DNA from: Amoeboaphelidium protococcarum X5
Lineage: Eukaryota; Fungi; Aphelidiomycota
Direction of reading: 5' to 3'
Length of the DNA: 64,000 nt
Assembly (NCBI GenBank): GCA_023515725.1
Contig: JALDTO010000235.1
Location: forward strand, 170,371-234,370
Positions 52,346 through 62,794 of this stretch are shown here, piece after piece (within the stretch, counting starts at the first letter, position 1; the number at the start of each line of letters is the position of its first letter). Below the pieces are notes generated by a model, which was not told the origin of the DNA, did not search any database, and saw only the letters and a list, made by a program, of their open reading frames with translations. The translations under genes were made by a program, and so were the position numbers.

Positions 52346-53834
52346 TATTGTCAATCTTTTTCAATGGCTGCTTGACAGTGTGACTCATAAGGGGCTCAGA
52401 GTTTCTAAAAAACAGTTTATTGTAAACGGTGAGAAAACTGCGAGCGAAAAATCGTCGCGCGGTGGATTTTATAACGCTAGGACGAGGAAATTATGCTGTC
52501 CGGGAAGACTGTGTTGTAATTCAATCCCGGCGGATTTTATTGGTGTCATCGATATTGGGAGAAGAAAGGATAATGTCGAGTCGCAGATTTGAAACGTCCA
52601 AATAGTTTGCGAACTTTGACGCGTTTCTTAACCGTTAGTTGAACTATCATTTTTTGGATTGAGCCCGATCGCGGCAACTTGCATTTTTTACATTAGTTTT
52701 GGAGCCACGTACATTAATGAGTAATTGATACACCTTGACGGTAGAAAAGTGTCTATCCGCTTCTGAAATCCGCGTATTAATGAGTGCTACCATGCAACCT
52801 ATCATGTTTTCGAAATCTAAATCTACAGCACACTATTTTTACCAAGACACCTTATTAATTATTGAATTAGTATAATAAAATCTTCCACGATTATTGTGAT
52901 GTTACAGTCTTTTACTCCTATGCACAATGTTGCTTTAAAGCATGTTTTCGGTAAAACAGAAAAATCTTATTGTTTGTAATATACTATGTCTTTCCAGAGA
53001 CTTTAATGTTAACGTAACACCTGATCATGAGGCTGATACCACATCTCGGTGCTGAGTGGCGTAGTGATCTTCCCACGCCTCATGCCGAAGTCGACGTTTC
53101 CCACGTCTTGAGTTATATATGCGGGTGTTTGATTACATCCTTCTTTAATGATCATCTTGTTCATATAGTCTTTACTTATTTACACGTTTCATCTGCTGCC
53201 TTGTCTAGAAATTCCGGTCCTCCATAATTGTCTGTATTTTGTACTTATTGCTTTTTTGCAATGGACATCTGATACTGCTGGTACTGTTTCTGTACTGGAT
53301 TATACTTTATTACTACTGATTGACTATTCCCTAAACCACTACCTGATAATGCACTTCTCCCTTGCAATAACCGGCCCCAGAGAATATCTATGACGCACTC
53401 TGCAGCCTTGATAACGCCAGCAATTGCTGCGCCACCGCTTTACGTCACCTCTCAACTCTGCACCTAATCAAGAGTCACCTTAACATCTTACGCGACCGTA
53501 TCAATTCTGATACTCTAGGCCAGACTATAAACACAATTGGAACAAACGTGAAGCTATATACAAAGATTAAGAGTCAAACAGAGACACCAACAAAAGTACA
53601 GGAAGATAAAATATGTTAATAAGATAAAAACTCTATTAACACGTTAAGTGGAAGAAATCAATGCTCATAAGTGGCGCGCAAATATACTGCAGATACTTGC
53701 CTATTCGAGACGTCAATGATGAGAGAGGCGCGCACTTGAAACAATGATGATCATCTAAGCCCCACAGAGTCAGTTGTTGATACTTGATCGACGCGTGTGC
53801 TAACAACTCATCGAAGTAAGGAATACCTAAAAAC

Positions 53835-53909
53835 GCCCGGTTAGCTCAGTTTCGGTAGAGCGATAGACTCTTAATCTACAGGTCAGCGGTTCGAGCCCGC
53901 TACTGGGCG
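53835..53909 (+). tRNA. tRNA-Lys(CTT)
   Basis: Acceptor GCCCGGT/ACTGGGC, D arm GCTC/GAGC, anticodon loop CTCTTAA, T arm AGCGG-TTCGAGC-CCGCT. Confidence 0.95.
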
Positions 53910-53913
53910 ATCC

Positions 53914-53918
53914 TTTTT
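53914..53918 (+). terminator. Pol III T-run terminator of the tRNA
   Basis: TTTTT begins 5 nt after the discriminator base. Confidence 0.65.
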
Positions 53919-54256
53919 GGTTTTATATAGTATACATTTGTATATGGTATCCTTTTTAATTTGTAGCTTTATTTTGAAAAAGGATCGCGTGTTATGATGG
54001 AACTGCGATCAACACAACTTTCTGATTGCCAAGGTGAAGTGTCTTTTTTATTGCGCGCCCGAAAATATTGATCATCCACAACACGTTAGAGGGGCTCCTT
54101 TATAGTCACCGCCATGGATGTTCTGTAATTACATTTTATAATCCGGGAAAAGATTTCCTCAGAGCGTGTTATGTCTGATGACTGACTGTTCAGTGAACTC
54201 GATTCTGTTCTAATCGCACATATCATTTACACTGAGAGATAAATGTCTATGTTCTA

Positions 54257-54298
54257 TCTTCTTCTACTTTTCTTCTTCTTTCTTCTTCTTTCTTCTTA
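54257..54298. repeat. Imperfect (TTC)n pyrimidine tract
   Basis: tcttcttctacttttcttcttctttcttcttctttcttctt. Confidence 0.7.
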
Positions 54299-54663
54299 TA
54301 AGTTCAAACGTTCACCTATTGTGACTACTAAAAATAGCTCGCCCGATTGATTGGCCCACCATTCCAAGGATTGGATCTAGGTAAATTATAGTCCAGTCAT
54401 CAATTTATGAGGCCTCATTGGTACCTGTTAATACTTTTTACTCTTTCCTCTTTCCACTACTATCATTGAAAATGAACCCAAGGTTAATTTTACGCCCATC
54501 ACTAGCTGTGGCTATTGTTATTGCAACCAAATGCCGAGCTTGATGCGATGAACCAGCTCATCGTAACGATGACAATGCAAACGATCACATTGTCGACTGA
54601 TATATGTCGCGTCGAATCAACTCTAATATCCACCACTCTTTAATACTTTCATTACCTAACACA

Positions 54664-57600
54664 ATGACAGTAAAAGGGGCGCATTTGTAGCGGTAGCTGT
54701 TTACAAACTCACGACCAATCGATCTACGTCGGTTGTATGAGATTGCGACAACATCGATAGGCGAAGGAGTGAAGATTCAGGTAGGTTTTTATGGCACTTT
54801 TTACAGGCAGTTGCGTCGCATATTTAAGCGAAGTAAGTCACCCATAGATGCATGTATCAATATGATAAAAGAAGCATTACCTCTTGACCAATAACTTTGC
54901 GCAGGAGAAAAAACTATCCCTTTGAAAGATGTGTTGACTTTGGTGTTTGATGGAGCGCCGTCGCGTGAACAAGCTAAAAACATAATTGAACAGAACCAAA
55001 TCTAGACTGAAACAGATTATGAAATTGCATGAGTTGCTGAATGGTTTGCCAAAAGACTCCAGAGTAAGCAGGTCGAAATGGTCTCAAATAAGAAAGTTGA
55101 AGTTATCACCGTGGCTACTGCACGATTCCGAATCGTCTTAGCTGCGTCAAAAGTTAAGCGACGCTGGCTACCGTGTCGACCTCGCTGCGGGTGAGGCCGA
55201 TGTCCACATTGCAAAGTTCTGCTAGCCCATCGTTGCCATAAGTTTTGATTCTGATTTATTCATGCACAAGAATATAAAGGTTGCTACTAAACCCACATTT
55301 AAATCAGGCTTGATGAAATATTTGGTGATGGAACGTAGTGCCGTGTGCTCAAAACTGAAGATCAGTAACGATTAGTGGGTTTCTCTGGCGATTGTATCTG
55401 GGAATGATTACTCCGATAATGTGTATGGCTTTGGTTTTGGGAAGAATCTGAATATTATCCGCTCTATCGACTTTGGTTATAATGTGAAGCAGATTGTCGC
55501 GTAGTATGCAAAGATTATGGATGCAGGATCGCAATTTGACTTGGCTTTGCAAGTGTTTGATAATTGTTACGAGTCTTTCAATATTTAGTCCCTTTATGAA
55601 GAAGGCCGTACTCATCAGTAAAATAGTACACTCAATTGCGTGGTTCAATAAATTTGCAGTGCTGAAGTTATTGAGTGGAATATGTTCTAGAATCTAGAGT
55701 AAATATCTGCATCTGCCGATTTATCATTCGATGAGCGTAATTGCCTGATGCTTAACGCGTTAAAATCATTATATGGCAGATGGATAAAGTATATGGAATA
55801 GCTGAAATATGATAAGACTCGGTTGTATTAAGAATGGAAGAAAAGTCGCCATCAAGTTGGCCATGACCGTGAGTCGGTTAAGTATTTGTAGTTGCCAAAG
55901 AAGTATTAGGGATATAATAGATTCTGTCCCCTGTTCGAGAAGAATGCTCTTGCTGAAGCTGGTAATATCTGCAGAAAGGGCCGATATCTATATAAAGCCG
56001 TTGATGTGAATCGTCCTTCCAAGTCTGAGATACCGCCGATAAAAGTGAGGAGAACGATAGAATAAGAGTCGAATCAGTAGAATGATGCTTATGGAAGCGC
56101 TGAAGATTTATAGCAGCCTGTTGCAAATAAAAGACACCGTAACAAGAGACGCCGTGAATCCAGTAAGTCTGATAAGGTGTAGCGCGGGAATTTATGTCAA
56201 AGTAGTGCCAAAACTCGCGATAAAGTGACTGCAATGCCTTCTGGTAAGAAGAGAACCAACAGTTAGGAGACACAGCTTTTTCGGTCACTTAACCGACGTC
56301 ATGCTATTTGCACTAAAGAAATTGGTCATATATAAAAGTCTTTGTCGAAAGGCCAAGCATCTGCTGCCTTGCAAATCTTGTTGAAGTATTCCATTGATAC
56401 TGTAGTGAAAGAGATGAATCTCCTTAAGAGAATGGCTTAGCTCGGGGCGCGGTGGTTTATTGATACCATTTTAAAGAATTTTCCTGACTAGATTTAACTG
56501 TTAGACAGCATCTGCTATGCTGATACTCCTGGACAAGGGGGTCGTAAATTTTGGCAGGGTATATTACGGATCTTGCGCAATGGAAAATCTACGCGCAGCC
56601 AGAAATGTGCTGCTGTGCTGAAGTTTGGATAGTTAATTAAAGATTAGTCAACGATTCTAGACAAGCTTTAAGGTTAGTTCGATAGAAGGATTACCGTTTC
56701 ATAGATCATTGATTAATTGGCTATAGTTTTAGATTCTGAGTTTGCTTCCCAAGTTATTGGTCGTATGGAGCTCCTTGCTGCCAAAGTTTTGGAGTTTGAT
56801 GAAAACAAGCGCGATTAAATAGCTGAGATTGATATGCTGGATTCAATTTTCTAAAAGTATGAGGTATTAAATTCTCTACTACCTGATGAAGAGCGATTTA
56901 CTTACTCTCTTTCGTCACTGTCAGAGTGTTATGTGACTTTTACTGAAAATTCGTGAATGCAGCTTATACAGAGTGTGATTACTAATTGCTGGGATGTCGC
57001 TGAGTAGCAGCTTATTCAGAACGGATTGAGTAATGTGTCTGCGTAAAGCTTACGCCTGGAGTTATATGAATGGTATCAAAATGGTAAACTAATGAAGCTG
57101 AAGGGAGAAACGTTGGCTGGCATTCTTGGCTTGAAGATGAATGGAGGTCTTCGATTGCTCAAAGACTATGATCCAATATCTACTAACAGCAAGATTCTTG
57201 GCTGTACTTTCATAACCAATGGGTTAGTGCTGAAGATTCATTGCATTAACACCAAGGAGTCAAAGCCAGTAGAACGTGTTTAAAGTAGTTCTCGCTCTTT
57301 GCTGCAAGGCGCTGAAGCTACTAGAGTGAAGATCCAAAAGAAGTTTTGGAGTCGGATTCGCGTGCCAGCAATTGAGCTATCTGACTACTGGATATGCTGC
57401 ATTGATATTGGGGAGAGGTATACAGTGGGCGCGGTGGCCAAGAAAGGAGCTGGCGAAAGTCGTCAATTGCGATCACTTACGATTAAGTCTGCTGCATTGA
57501 ACGAGCCAAATAGAAGATTTAGAAAGTGGTTTGGCGAGAGATCTCTTACGGTTTAGAATGCCGAACGCTCTCTGGAACGTCTATAGGCCGAGTCACTATT

Positions 57601-58165
57601 GGATTATTGGGTTCGTTATATAGCAATATATCTTGAACTTAGAGAGTTTTACTGCAGTAGTCGATGGAAAAGAACTTCATGGGATTAAAAGAAAGCGTAA
57701 AGAGCGGAATATGACCGGGCTACAAATGCCATTTTAAAAATGGTGGATGGTAAAATTAACCAGAAGTGTTACGGCAAAGTTATATTTGGTCTTGGTGATG
57801 CTTAGTTTGAGAGTAAGTAAACTACTCATTAATCTTTTGAAAAGTACTTCGTAGCAAAGGTCAAGAGTCTAGGATATCCTGTCATCTATCTAAATGAATA
57901 TCTCACCTCCTAAAAAGCTCCATGCTGCGGCCGAATGTGCGAAAGCTTTCGTTTGCGTGTAAAGTATTGTAGACAGTGTCATAAGTTTTTTCAACGTGAT
58001 ATCATGGCCGATGAAAATTTGGTGAACGTCGCAAAAGCTGTTTTAGCAGGGCTTGAAAACCCCCTTATCTGTGTAGCAAAGCTAGCAGCAACATCTAGAG
58101 GGAAGAAGGATCTATGCGGCTTGGCAAGCGCGCAATTCAGTTACAGACGATATCGTGAAGATTGA
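54664..58165 (+). pseudogene. XPG/FEN1-like PIN nuclease fused to Fanzor/TnpB-like RuvC nuclease (~1166 aa restored), disrupted by +1 nt at ~54970 and TGA at 56954-56956
   Basis: PIN motifs: MTVKG, LVFDGAPSREK, AGEADVHIA, SFDSDLF, SGNDYSDNVYGFGFGK. RuvC motifs: CIDIGE (D 57404), FGLGD, LNEYLTSQ (E 57896), PCCG..YCRQC zinc finger, QRDIMA.EN (D 57998). Confidence 0.88.
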
Positions 58166-58192
58166 GTTCTTGTAAAGTACAATTATTAATAT

Positions 58193-59122
58193 TCAAATGT
58201 CCATGTCTTCGTCATCTTGACTGGCAGCAACTTTATTCATATCAACATCTTTTGGAGACATCACTTGGGGAGATTTGGCCCCGGAGATTGCAGATTCATT
58301 CTTGAGATCATCAAGCAGCAAGTCTTTCAATTTTGGAAATTCTGCGTGTACATCTTTCGACTGAGGTGGAGCCTGCTGAGTGGCAATCTTATTCTCAACA
58401 AATCCACATAGTCTAATCAGCGATGTCAACTTGGCCTCCCTCTCAAGCGACTGACTGGACAACAGGGCAGCATTTAGTTCCGAGGCAACCTTGTGGCGTT
58501 AATTCATGGATAGCAAATATCCAACAGGATTTTTTTCATTTCCCTCCTGGTTCGGGTAAGCCAATAGAGTCATGGCTGCCTCAAGATGTTCGAGTAATGT
58601 CGGATTCTCAACAGCCTTTGGTACGCACTCTTCAGCGGCAAACTCCAATACTCTCTCAATATCACCATCGTTTCTCACCTATCTGATCATTTCAATTAGC
58701 ATTTGAATCATCAGGTGAAAATACAATTTGGGATCCTAATCTAAAATCTCTGGATCCAACTCATTAGTCAACTCAATAGCCTCCCTAATGTGTCCACTCT
58801 GAACCATGGAACGGATACTGGTGCGAGCATCGATCTAACTCAGCATCGAATCTTACACAGCGTTGAATCCAGATTCTTTCTAGAAATTAATCGCCGCATC
58901 CTTATATCCTTCAATAATTAGATAATTCAATACTAGAGCATTCATATCTTGCTTAGACACCTAGACAGACTTGATTTTGCTCAGCCATTCAGATTTAGAT
59001 ACAGCGGGCTTCTTTGATGGTTGTGCCTATGACTTACTGTTCACGCCATCATTATTCACATTATTATTATTATTAACCTGACTAGGCCTTCGATCTCTTC
59101 TAACTGTAGCAATAACCTCCAT
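58193..59122 (-). CDS. GID8: GID/CTLH complex subunit Gid8/TWA1 (LisH-CTLH-CRA), 309 aa
   Basis: EWLSKIKSVQVSKQDMNALVLNYLIIEGYKDAAINFQKESG, CTLH region, EAKLTSLIRL. Confidence 0.9.
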
Positions 59123-59409
59123 ATTTTAAATTCAAATAGTAATTCTACTGCTGTATCAAAGAACCACTAAAATATCAACGAAACAAAGAACGGATAAAGT
59201 GACGCTATGCTATGAGAACATCATCAAAGCGAGAAAACAATTTTTGAGCGAGAGAGAACGATCGCGCATGTTAAGATCAGAGATTTGCAAAAACTATGAA
59301 GAATCTTTACGGTGGGAGAACGATCTGCAAGTAAGATCTTTTAAAGAGGTGCGAATAGAAGGGCGATAATGATGATATTGAGTTTATAATTTATTCACCA
59401 TGTTCACGG

Positions 59410-61251
59410 TCAATATTTCTTCTATTACTATTATTATTATTACTAAGATTGAGATTCTTTTTGAGATAGATATTCTTGCCATCCCAGAGTCTCCAGGCGG
59501 TGAGCCTTGTCAACGACAGATTCAGTCATAGCCTTCTGATAAGTGAGCATCTTATCGTTGTACTTGCCGAGAATGCGCACGGCTAGCAACCCGGCATTCT
59601 CAGCATTGTTAATGGCCACAGTGGCACATGGAACACCCCTAGGCATCTACACAGTGCTGTACAGAGAATCAACACCATCCAAGTGTTTAAGAGCAATTGG
59701 AACTCCAATCACCGGCAGTGGAGTCATTGACGCGCACATACCAGCAAGATGAGCTGCGCCACCAGCACCTGCAATTATGACTTTAAACCCATTCTTATGG
59801 GCACTACGCGCAAACTGACTCAATCTATCAGATGTGCGGTGGGCAGATACTATAGTACACAGGTATGACACTCCAAAAGTATCCAAAATCTTGCAAGCAT
59901 CGCTCATTATAGGAAGATCAGAGTCACTTCCCATAATCACGGCGACATCATACTTGATCCGCACATATGATGAAAACGTTTACACCTTGTCCAATTGAAG
60001 ATGAGCTAAAATTGCGGATACATTATCGCCACACAATGTAATATGTCCCATTTTCCTTCCATTGGAACACTTTGACTTTCCGTACCAATGCACAGTGGCT
60101 CCAGGTACAGACATGAGACGTTGACAATCAGCAATCATCTACTCCATATCGCAATCAGCCGATCCGAGCATATTCTACATGACAGTGGCACCGACTTTCA
60201 AACCACACTAGCCAAGTGGGAGTCCTGACACTGCGCGCAGGTGCTACTAAAACTGACTGGTGTGGCATGCCTCAATCGTATGATGACCGGAATTATGCGG
60301 CCGTGGTGCAACTTCATTAAACAAGACGCGTCCATCTGCGCATCTAAACAGTTCTACGCCATAGACACCATTACCATGGAATGCAGATACAACTTTGACG
60401 GCAATATCACGAGCTTTCTGTAAAACTTCACTCGGAGAATCATCAGGACAAATCACCTAATGGCATACATTGTTCTTTTATACAGTATGGACGACAGGAT
60501 AAGCTACAACAGTGTCGTCTTACTTGCAAACCATCACGGCCAATTCACGATCAAAGTTGACAAATTTCTCGGCGTACAGATTGTCCAAGCGGTCAAAGCT
60601 ACCACCATTATTGCCGGTTAAACTCTAGACGCCAACTGAAAGATCCTCCTCGCTCTTGACTACAAAGTTGCCTTTACCATCGTATGCACCAACCTTGGTC
60701 TTTAGAAGGAAGGGATAACCAAACGCTGCAACGACACTCTTCAAGTCTTGCATAGAACATACCTCCATAAACTAGCTCATTGGGACCACCTGCTACAGAT
60801 GCAGCTTCTATTAATACTTATCCTGAATAATTTTGAGCGTCTTTGGGTCTGGATGAATCTGAATATCAGTAGCACCATTAGAATTACCACTACTACGCTC
60901 TTGATTGATGTGGCGTACGGCGACTTCCAGGGCATCGATATCAACGTGTTCAATCTCAAAAGTCACAACATCCACCAGCGCCTACTATTTCTCTTCGGCA
61001 TACTTGACATATTGATAGAATGGATTCTTCTGAATAGATTCCGCATCATCCAAAGAGCCAACATTCTTGAACGGAGCACAGTAATGGACGCGATTGATCT
61101 ACGCCGCAGGGCAGTCAGCACCGGGATCCATTGTACAGATCATCAGATGAGCATTCAATTTACTGTGCACATCCTCAACCATCATTCTAGCCAGCTGACC
61201 CCCACCGATAACAGCGACATGCTTTCTTTTGATATTCGGCTCCAATTTCAT
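59410..61251 (-). CDS. ADE2: Phosphoribosylaminoimidazole carboxylase (fused PurK-PurE), 613 aa
   Basis: [67 protein letters not shown]. Confidence 0.96.
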
Positions 61252-61469
61252 CTTATATTCCAACTACAGTATACGAAAGTGTATAACTAAACAGAAGATC
61301 AAAGAACTACGCGTGCCGACGATCATCCCCGTAATCAGAGAGAGATAAGGGATCGTTAAGGTGAGTAGAAGACGGTCTTGTAATGCACAGTCTAAAAGAA
61401 TAAAGTCATACATACCTTTATAAAATAATCGCAAATTTATTATTACAAGTTTCAAAGATTACATGAAAT

Positions 61470-62474
61470 TCAATATTGAATAATGGCAGTTGCATAAGAG
61501 ACACTACTATCGTTATTGTCATTACACTCGTTACTCTGGTCATAGTTGACAAACTTGACAGATATCGCAGCGAGATTGTCACTACTTTTCAACAGATTAA
61601 GCCAGCTAAGCAAGATGCAGATGGGATAACGCCCACAGATAGTATTCACAGTAGTATCAAGATAAGAAATAAAGCCATCCAAATCTTGATTTTCAATCAG
61701 TTTCATACCGTCATGATCCATTTGCACAATGTTTGAATGTATTCGCTCCTTAAATGGCGTATATCTAAATCGCTTACCATAATGGCAAAAGTCACTGCTG
61801 ACTATAACTCTAATTTGCTATGATTATAAAGACTATGCATTTAAATTGCACCTACTTAGTTCTTAAGCGTACGCATCCATGACTGACTTGTTATCCAGAT
61901 GTCCCACAACGATGGGAACTATGGACACATTCTCCAACACTCCATTAGCATCACACTTGTATCCAGCGCGTGTGCACGCCGCCACAATGTAAGGTAAATG
62001 CATCTCAATCGAGTGCTCTTCTTCATCTTGACTCTGCGATAATAGATCGAAATGTTTCGAACTGTAAAGTTATTCCTTAATCTCGGTATTTACACGCAGT
62101 GTTCCTAGTGGTGTTTTCAGTAGCTAACACTGAGTTAAGGCGCACCTATTCCGTAGATACAAGTAATGAGACGGACCGAGTATGTAGATTGTCAACGGTT
62201 TAATAGAATCTACACCACGACAAAACTGAGAATATCCATGAGACGCACATTGCCCAGAATAAGAATATCCTGCATGTGGTCCGATTAATCCAAGCGTATT
62301 AACATCTACGCCACTTCCGCTCACTCTCACTTCTGAGTTATTATTATTAGCACCAGCCACTTCAGATTTCTAATTATCCAACCAGCCATTCAACTATGAC
62401 GACAATGCATTCTAATCTTTCAAGTACCAACTACCAGAATGACCATCCTACCTAACGCGAGTACTCTAAGCCAT
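61470..62474 (-). CDS. MEMO1: MEMO1-family protein, 334 aa
   Basis: HSGSWY, PHAGYSYSG, ILGPSH, EHSIEMHLP, VSSDFCHYGKRFRY, NTICGRYPI, DSSVSYA. Confidence 0.95.
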
Positions 62475-62794
62475 TTTATTTAAATATTTTACTGGAGCCA
62501 ATTAAAAAATAGTCCTAATCGGGCGGCGGCAACGATTAAAACGACTAATAAGCGATCAAACGAGTGGTGATTGACTGGAAGAGATTCACCGCTAAAGTGA
62601 GAGTAAATTGAGTGTGTGTGAGAGAGAGAGAGAGAGCAGACCGCTGTGAGACGCCCGACTCTAAGCTTTTCTTTTCTCAAACCAACTGCCTGTGAGAACA
62701 CGGCCAGATAATCTGTTTTAGTTGTACCATTGTATATCATCTTTTAGTCCGTCTGAGCAGAATTTAAGATTATAAAAGTTTTTAAAATAAGATT

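Noticed and set aside
53835-53909. tRNA read as a TTA-anticodon (TAA-decoding) tRNA
   Set aside because: The 7-nt loop CTCTTAA centres on CTT and the body matches tRNA-Lys.
54664-55560. Ordinary host FEN1/EXO1/GEN1 gene next to a separate Fanzor
   Set aside because: No stop or intergenic gap follows the H3TH motif. The frame continues ~500 codons into the Fanzor-like region before the lone TGA.
54664-58165. Bacterial contaminant or CRISPR-Cas12 locus
   Set aside because: No repeat-spacer array or cas genes; the ORF uses the host TAR=Gln code and sits among eukaryotic genes.
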